Shown here: one piece after another, positions 8,567 to 18,100 of the stretch
Layout of the letters: each line of letters starts with the position of its first letter
How positions within the stretch are numbered: position 1 is the first letter of the stretch
Assembly: GCA_048882505.1 (NCBI GenBank)
Contig: JBHLRO010000008.1
Span: 30,001-62,000, forward strand
Direction: 5' to 3'
Source of the DNA: Candidatus Thorarchaeota archaeon
Lineage (GTDB): Archaea; Asgardarchaeota; Heimdallarchaeia; Hodarchaeales; Hodarchaeaceae
DNA: 32,000 bases
Program-made: the position numbers and the translations under genes
The notes under the pieces: model-generated
What the model was told of the DNA's origin: nothing
The model's database searches: none
Seen by the model: only the letters and a program-made list of their open reading frames with translations

Positions 8567-9151
8567 TCATAATTCTTCTTCGACAAACTCTGCGGCATCC
8601 CCATAGATCTTTTCATAGGATATTATGATCTGTGATACGTAGCTTCGAAGCTTTCTAACTTTATTTATCACCTTTGTTTTATCTGTATCCTCATTCATGA
8701 GTTTATGTAAGATTTTTACCTGTTGCTGAATCTTTATCAGAAATTGGTTTACTAGCGGAAAAAACTCTTGATGTATCAGAATATTCGCCGTGAGATCTTC
8801 CTTGCCACCTCTTGCTCCAGGTCGTTCTAATGCGTAACCAAATGACATGACTTTGGCTCTTGTTCCATGAGCTAATACAAAGTCGTAACTTGAAGTAATC
8901 TCTGTATTAAAGGTATCACAGAAACCAGTGCCACTGAAAGATCGATCAGATAGATCCACAAGTTTAGCAAAATTGTCTCTCAAGATTTCAGGTTCCACGA
9001 TGATGGGGATAGGACCATGGCGCTGATCGAAGAAGGAAATTACCACTCCGATGGTATGCTCATCCAGAGAATTGCCTATTTCTCTGTCATTGACTTCTGA
9101 GAGTGTACTCATCACCAATTCTTTGTCAAGACCGACCAATTCAGGTTTCCT
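8567..9151 (-). other. Cytoplasmic uDENN/longin-like domain of the giant protein
   Basis: GVVISFFDQRHGPIPIIVEP resembles the uDENN/longin first strand (FxxxxGP). SFGYALERPGARGGKEDLTANILI resembles the FLCN/SMCR8 'D..ARG..R' hairpin. A C-terminal helical segment follows. Confidence 0.65.
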
Positions 9152-12100
9152 AATGAATTTGACATACACGAGCGAACCAAATATCGCTGCAATAACTGTA
9201 ACGAGGATTACAACTATAACAATAGGCAGAGCCACACCTGGTGGATTATAGGTGAATGCAGTTGCTTGAATGCTGTTGGGATCATCCCGTAGAACATCAA
9301 ATGCAACAATACTGTTACCAGTGCTATCGGTTGTTACAATATAGTAGATGATTTCCCTACTTGTTCCATTGTGATCAAAAGGTACAACCACTTGATAAGT
9401 TGGTATCCCATCAATTGAAGTGTTATGATAAGCCATCTCAACCATTCTATAGCTATAATCGCCGTTTTGATACATACTTGCTCCGTTTCCACCATTTCCT
9501 GAAGCATTAACTGGTTTGAAGTAGTAATAAAGAAGAACTTCTGAAATATTAGATCCATATTCCAGAATACCAGTAATAAATGTCAAATTAGTAGGATTTT
9601 GGTTGTCATCAAAAACCCAGTATGGATCAATTACCCGGGGCGCAACTTCGTCTCTAACGGTGAAATTAAAATGGTAAAGTGAATAAATTTCAAATTGGTT
9701 GCCAAAATAATTGACAGAAGAGATGATTTTTATCCTAACATTGAGGTCTTTATTTAGAGACATGCTCAGCTGATCAGGGGAGATTTCCAGCACTGCAATC
9801 CATAAATCCTTATTGAAACTGCTCTTATCAGCAATTTCAACCAATGAATCATTGAACAATAATTCTACCGCAATTACGTCATTTAGCTGATCAAACGTCA
9901 AAATATTGAACTGATAATGGCCTTCCGTGTCGTTCAGTGGAACAAGAATTTCCTCTGCCTGATTCAGCATTTTTGGTCGGCTTTCAATGGAAATGATATT
10001 TGAGGTTACCTGGAACCAAATAAATCCAGTGTATCTATCATAGGGTGTCACTGTAAAGTACCATTGATCCCCCGCTACGGTATCATTTGCACAGATGATT
10101 GTTCGGTTCTCATAAGATGCTTGCTCGATCCACGATCCATTGATCAGTTTAAACCATTGAATTCTAGAATCCTGGGCATCATTTCCTTCTGAAAAATAAA
10201 ATGAAACTGTTATATTCTCATCTTCCACCAAAAACTCATTCACTCTAATATCTGGATCTACTAGGCTTGTTTGTGTATCAAAACTGAATTGTGCACTTAA
10301 AACTTTTACAGGAATTTGAATTTGCGCCACTATACTATAATTTGAACCATCGTATACCCATAACTGCGCTTGCCATAGATCATCATTACTTAGATAACCG
10401 CTTGGTATCATAACAGAATTGGCCCAAATGGACTGATTTTCTCCATTCCTAAACCAGTTGATTTTGTGTGACGAATCTTCAGGATCATTATCAACGTCAA
10501 AATAACTCCAGTTCAAGTAGAGTACGTTAGCACCATCAATTACTGCAGGGAATAGCTTAATATCTGTGATTTCTGGTTTCGAATTGACAATAAAGATGGA
10601 AGTACTTGTAAAATTCCCGGTTGCCCAATTTGTGCCATCATAAGGACGAATGATAACAATGATTTCATCACCTTTAACGAAATACTGGGAAGAAAGAATA
10701 GAGGTATTTTCAGTCCCACTGATGATCTGCCCGTTCTTCAACCAAAGAAAGATAGTTCGCGTCATATCTAGTGGGTCTCCATCCCAGTCAAAGTAATCGA
10801 ACAAGAATTGAAGATCATCGCTGGTGGTGGGTTTTGGAGTTAACCAGGTAAAACCATGGACTTCAGGATAACTATTCCCGATTATGATAGAGGAAGTATT
10901 TACCCATGATCCAAAAAATCCATAATTGTCTCTTGGACGGATACTAGCCATCCACCTTTCACCTTTGTTAAGATAATATCCGTTAACAACTGAACTTGTT
11001 AGCTCAATCTGCAATTCCCATCTACTAGATGTACCATTGAATTTATACCACCGATATTGAGCTCCAATGTTTTCTGTTACCGCTGCGTATTGAACAGCAG
11101 GATTAAGCTGGAAATCAACATCAAAACTGAAATCAGACTCACCAGAATCTATATCAACGACGAGAGAGGAATAATTAAGATAAATAGGATAGATTCCAGT
11201 GAAAACATTCGTCCCATATGGATGGTCCGCTAAAATAGAGGGCAAGCCTTGAGTAGTGTTGATTTCGGGTGCGGTATTACCTATCAGCTTGATTACATTT
11301 GAACCAGATAACGTCGAAGAATCCACAGGTTGTCCTGTCAACATTCCTCCATCATTGTCATCCGGAGTGATCACTACCCAAATTAAATCCCCTGCAGTAA
11401 ATTCTACGTTCGACAGTGTTGTTATGCCTTCAATTGTTTTAACCGAACCTTGATGAACGATTTTCCATTCTATTTTCGAGTTTTCTGGATCGCCATCTGC
11501 GTCAAAGAAATCGTAGGATAGAAAAACATCATCAGTGGTTGTTGATCCGCCAGTAAGCGTTATATTATCTGCAAATGGTTCTGAATTAGCGATAGTTGTC
11601 GTTCCATATTTCCATAAAATTGGATTACCAAGGGGATCAGACCAATCTTCACCGTCGAAAACATTAACGTAAAAGCGCCAGTTGTCATTTTTGGTTGTAA
11701 AGTTTGAAGAAATTTGAGTTAAATTCTCTAATTGGGGAACAGGATTCAAGTTCTGGTACCAGATAATTATATAGTCCGTTATATTGTCGCCATCTGGATC
11801 CCAATCATCCCACATTGCCAACAACGTATTTGTTGTGAAAATCCCCGTGGGTGGAACGTAGATCTCAGGAGTAAAGGAAACGACTGAAGGCGCTGAATTA
11901 GTAATGGAGACACTTGCATTCAACCAATTCCCAAATTCAGTTCCGTCTGCCACCCTAATTGACACATTCCAAAGATCACCTTTGACAATTAAGCCGCTGT
12001 CAATTACCATCTTGTCATTGTAGGACGGAAGAAAAACATTATTACGGTACCATCTTATAATTGTTCCAGATTCCAAATCAGAATCCGCATCAGAGTAAGA

Positions 12101-15100
12101 ATATGTGACTGAAAGAATATTCCCGCCCTTTGGAATTGTAGGGGAGAAAACGAGACTATTCGCACTTGGTCCAGTATTCCCAATTGTGGTAGACAATGAG
12201 ATTTTGAGGATACCATATTCAGTTCCATCGTGAGGAAGTATCGTTACGTACCAGCTTTGTCCTTTCGCAATTTCGGAGCTAAAAACTGTGGTTTGGTTTC
12301 TAAGGCTGATTTGCTCGATGTCGTTTTTATACCAGCGAATATACGACATCCCCTCCAAATCAGTATCTAAGTCAGAATAATCATAATTTAACATTAAATT
12401 GTCTGTAGTTTTCGGGGTACTTGGAGAAATCACTAGATTATTAACACTCGGCTTTGTATTCAGAATAGTTATATTACTAAGAGAATCTACCCAATTACCA
12501 AAGTCAGCACCATCGGATGGGCGAATCTTGACATGCCATACTTCTCCTTTGGTAGTGTTTCCTGCCTGTACAATTTGAGAATTATTGAGTATACCCTGCA
12601 GTACCCCATCTTTGTACCAAATGATATCAGATCCGCTTTCTGGATCTGAATTAACATCTGTATATGTGTAGACGACAGAGAGATCGTTAGCAGTTTTGGG
12701 ATCAGTAGGAGTAATAGAAATATCAGATATAACAGGAGCGCTATTCATGACTGTTATATTCGATAAGCAACTTGCCCAGTTCCCGAATTCAACACCGTCT
12801 TTAGGTAGAACCTTGAAATGCCAGATATCTCCCTTAGACGTATACCCGGAATCCACGGTCATCGAATTATTCAGAGCACCCTGTAAAACACCATTTTTAT
12901 ACCAAATTATTAATGAACCACTATTTGAATCAGTGGCATTATCAGGGTCTAGCCAATCATATGTTGCGGTCAACGGTTCAGTTGTTTGTGGATTAAAAGG
13001 GCTTATCGCCAAATTATTAGCTGAAGGAGCTGAATTCAGAATAGTGACCGCTGCGGATGTACGCTCTGGCCCGTAATTACTTCCATCTTTAGGGATTAAA
13101 ATAAAGTACCATGTTTGACCCTTGCTAGTGTTAATACCTGGCACCATGGTTTGATTTTCAAAAGCGGCTTCTTCAAGACCATTTCTAAACCAACGTATGT
13201 AAGATCCACTTTCTAGGTCCCCATCTACATCAAAATAATCATAAGATGCAATAAGATTGTCCCCAGTTTTTGCGTTATTGGGTGTAACGGCCAAGTTATT
13301 TGTACTGGGTTGTGTATTTCCTATTGTAACGTTCACTGGGCAGCTTACCCAGTTACCAAAATCAGTTCCATCCTTGGGGTGGACTTTAAAATGCCATACG
13401 TCTCCTTTGGTCGTATTCCCAGCTTTAATAGTACTGGAACCATTTAGGGCACCTTGAAGAACTCCATCCAAATACCAAATGATTTCCGATCCAGTCTCAA
13501 TATCAGAATCAGTGTCACTAAAAATATAGCTTGCGAGAAGATCGTTTCCTGTTAATGCATTTAGAGGAGTGATTTCCAAACCAGCTGCGCTTGGAGGGGT
13601 ATTTCCTATCGTTACATTAACAGAGACACCTATCACGGTTCCGAAGTCCTTTCCGTCACGAGGTTGAACTTTGACATGCCATTGTTCACCTTTTAACGTT
13701 GATGATGCAGAAAGATTTCTGAGGCCATCATACTGACTTAAATGGATCCCATTTCGATACCAATAGTACATTGAGCCAGATTCAGGATCACCATCGCCAT
13801 CAGAATAAGTGTAGTTAATATATAAGTAATCTGATGTAGTAGGATTGGAGTTAGTGAAATTTAAATTACTTGCTACTGGAATCTGGTTTGGGATCGATTG
13901 AATGCTGACCGATGGAGACGTTTGTAGGGAGCTATGATCATATCCATCGGATACCCGAATTGTGAAATACCATATGTCCCCAACTGTTGTATTACCTTCC
14001 CCCACGATCATGCTATCATTTAACGAGGTAACCAAAATCCCATCTTTGTACCATCTTATCTCTCGTGATCCATTATCTTGAGGATCATTGTCAAAATCTG
14101 AATAAACATAAGACACGTGAAGGTCAGAATTATCAGCAACTGGGGATGATTCATTGATCTTCGCACTATTAACTTGTGGTGCTGTATTTCCTATCGTTAC
14201 ATTGTTTAATGACGGAATCCAATTTCCGTAGTCTAACCCATCTGAAGGGTGGACCCTACAATGCCACTCATCGCTTCTTGTAGTGTTTCCTGATCCTATT
14301 ACCATTGTATTATTCAGTTCAGGTTGTAGAACACCATTTTTATACCAGCGAATTTGAGTTCCGCTTTCTAGGTCGCCAATGTCAGCATCAGTCCAGGTAT
14401 AGCTAATTATGAGGCCGTCGGAAGTGGTTGGATTTCCTGGCAATATATCGACGTTACTCGCTATAGGAGCGCTATTACCAATTGTAGCATTTACAATGCT
14501 TTCGACCCAATTACCATAAACAGTACCATCTGAAGGTCGGACTTTGCAGTGCCATTCCTCTCCCCTTGTTGTATAACTTGAATCGACGATATTTGAATTG
14601 TTTAAAGCTCCTTGAAGGATTCCGTCTTTGTACCAAATAATTAACGTACCACTTTCAGTATCGGCATCAGCGTCTGAATACACATAGTTAACATTCAGGT
14701 TATCACTTGTTTTCGGATTTCCAGGAAGGAGAGTCGTACTGCTTGCAGTTGGTGGAGTGTTTCCAACCGTTACAGTGGAAGATTGCTGAAGAATCCCAAA
14801 GTCTCCGCCGTCATTTGGTTTGATGGTAAAGTACCATATCTCACCCTTAGAAGTGTTGCCTGATTGAATCATCAAAGAATTATTAAGGTTTGACTGCAAA
14901 ACGCCATTTTTATACCAGCGAATTTCGGTTAAACCTTCTGGATCGCCATCTACGTCAGAATAATCATAGTTTGCCACTAGATCTTCCCCTGTTACTGGAC
15001 TACTCGGGGAAAGATTTAGATTATTTGCAACGGGAATAGTATTACCTATTGTAACATTTGTACCCAGAGACACCCAGTTTCCATAGTCTTCTCCGTCATT

Positions 15101-18100
15101 AGGACGAACTTTGAAGTGCCATTTTTCGCCTTTGTTGGTACTGCTTGAGGTAACACTTATCGAATCATTTAGGGCCCCTTGTAAGACTCCATCCTTATAC
15201 CAAATTATCCTACTTCCGCTCTGACTATCTGAATCTATATCTGAAAAATCGTAACTTGCTATCAATGAGTCTCCAGTTTTTGGACTATTGGGCGTAATAA
15301 TTAGATTACTTGCTATAGGAGCTGTATTAGCAATAGTAATGTTAGTTAAACAGCTATACCATTGCCCATAATCGGTACCATCAGAAGGTTTTATCTTATA
15401 GTGCCATTCTTCTCCTTTAGCTGAATAACTTGAGCTTATTATCTTCGTATCGTTCAATACTCCCTGAAGGATCCCGTTTTTATACCATATAATCTGGCTC
15501 CCTATCTCAAGGTCACTGTCATTGTCTGAAAAGTCATAAAATGCCTCAAAATTCTCCCCTGTTTTTGGGGCCGAGGAGGTTATATTCAGATTGGCCACAA
15601 TAGGTGCAGTATTGATAATGGTCACTGCAGCTGATTGCTGTTGATTACCATAATCTTCACCATCACTAGGTCGAATAGTGAAGTACCAGTTCTCACCTTT
15701 AGTTGTCACGGAGGAAGGAACCGTGGTTTGGTTTTCGTAGCTAGATTGTTCAATCCCATTTTTAAACCAACGAATGTAAGTTCCGCTTTCTAGGTCCCCG
15801 TTTGGATCAGAATAATCATAGGAAGCAATTAGATTATGATCGGTTTTTGGATTGCTGGGTGAGATAGCTAAATTACTCACTAAGGGAATACTATTGTAAA
15901 TAATAACACTAGACGAACTCATCCAGTTTGAATTATTGATACCATCATTAACCTTAATTTCGTAATGCCACTGTTGATTCTTAGTGGTATTTCCTGATGT
16001 AATAAAAGCCGAATCGTTTAAATTAACCTGAAGGACTCCATCCTTATACCAATAGATCTGTCGATTGCCAATATTCTCTGAATCTCCGTCATAATCATTA
16101 AAATTATAATTTACGCTTAATATGGACGTTGTCACTGGATTTACAGGAGATATGACAGCATTAAATACAGTAGGAGCCGTATTCTGGACCGTAACTGTCT
16201 CCGTATCGTTTAATATCCCGAATTCTTGACCGTCTTTCGGTTTTACAGTAGCATTCCATGAATCTGATTTGAACAGAGCTGAAGCTGGTATTTGTTTTAT
16301 GTCATTATAGGCGGTTTGAAGAATTCCATTTTTATACCAACGGATTTCTGTTCCCCCTTCACTGTCTCCATCTTTGTCATAGAAGTCATAATCCAGATAA
16401 AGAGTACTATTACTATAAACAGGGAGGAGAACTGAACCTGAATCACGAGATAACGTTAAATTTTCCGCTAGAGGAAAATGGTTAATAATAGGGACATATC
16501 CCTGGTGTACACCAGAGGTAACGGAATTGCCTGAAGTGTCATTTACTGTTATCACAAATTTAATCGAACCTGAGTCCATTATGATTGTATCATTTATGTA
16601 ACCTGCTGGTGTTGATTGCATAACTGCCCACCGTTTCCCTTGGGGGACGGTTCCCTCTGTAACATTAACAATGACTGTATCAACCACCCCCCAGGTATCT
16701 GAAACGTTTGTTTTAAATGTACCATATTCTCCTGTGTCAGGGTAATATTCCCAATCATCAACGTTTGGATCGGTGGTATCTATGCTAAATGTATGATTTT
16801 TGATACCTGATGGTGATTGTAGGTAATTATTCCAATAATCTGAGGCATTTACGATTTGGTATTCATAACTAGATAAGAAAGTCACGGATTTTTGATAGGT
16901 CCAATGTGTTCCATTAAAGTTCATCCCATATTCAGTGCCGTTAATTTTTATTGTTACGCTTTTCACATTCGTTGTTGAATCTGTTACATCAGCCCAGAAT
17001 TTTCCTACCCCTTTTCCGGGATCATCAATCCCAAAATCATTTATTACCGGAGGATTTTTATCAATTACAATTTCAGGACCGATGGAATAGAAACTAGTGG
17101 GATTAAGTTGATTTTGATATTCTGTCATGATCCACCCACCAGAATGTGGAACATTGGAAATTCTAACTTCATCAATAACACCGTCAAAAAAATCAGAATA
17201 AAAACCAGAGTCTCCCCAAATCCCAATGAGGAAATTTCGAGAGATTTCTCCCCAGCTTGTTGAATTTGAACCCTGGTTTTGTGAATTAACGATTCCTCTA
17301 ACATTAGCTCCGTTATAAGAGCTCATCACGTAATACCATTCCCCAACCGTTAAAGCTGAACCGAAAGAATAAGTGATTCCTCCATCTATGATAAAAACAC
17401 GATCAAGTAATCCCATATACCTAAAATCGACCCCATTTTCTTCCCCGATGCTGACAATGCTACGATAACTGGGATTTACCGCCTCCAATTTTATCCAAGC
17501 GGATATAGTAAAACTCGTAGTGGTAACAGTACTAACGCTAATAAGACCGTCATCTATTCCATCAAAATCTATACCTTTAGATATTTGTGCATCTACTATA
17601 TCCGCAGTGCTCATTGATCCTACGGTGGATAAATCCGCATCGTTGTCCGTACTATCAAATACTGAGGCGGGAGTATAGCTAATCTTAATCCAAACCTGTG
17701 TAGCCTTGGTAACCATGGAATAGCTACTCCCCAGTTCGACACCGATTTCCAGGTTGTTAAGTTCTTCCCAAGTCCAGGTCGTACCTGTATAAGGACTTTC
17801 TGTGTATTCAGTAAAATAATTCTGATACGCTGTTGTAAGAGAGGTATCGGTTCCAAAATAATTTGTACTATAAGATCTTATGAAAGTTCTAACTTTAGGT
17901 GTACCCATAGGAATGCTATCGACGCTAGCTCGAACATATATCGTCACTTTATCAATTCTCCCGAGACCGTTAATCGGATCCATAAAATTATAGGAATCTA
18001 TTCTTCGTTGTGTAGATGAGCTTGAAGTTGACCATTGAACATGAGTCGAGTCCTCATCAGGATTTTCCTCATCTACCATTGCCCAGTTGTTTCCAGCTGG

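Noticed and set aside
9983-16483. Repeats as a diversity-generating retroelement (TR/VR) or a recent DNA tandem duplication
   Set aside because: The exact DNA matches I noticed are short (e.g. ccatttttataccagcgaattt near 14334 and 14905) and only encode the conserved IRWYKNG motif. There is no adenine-specific mismatch pattern and no reverse transcriptase in the window.
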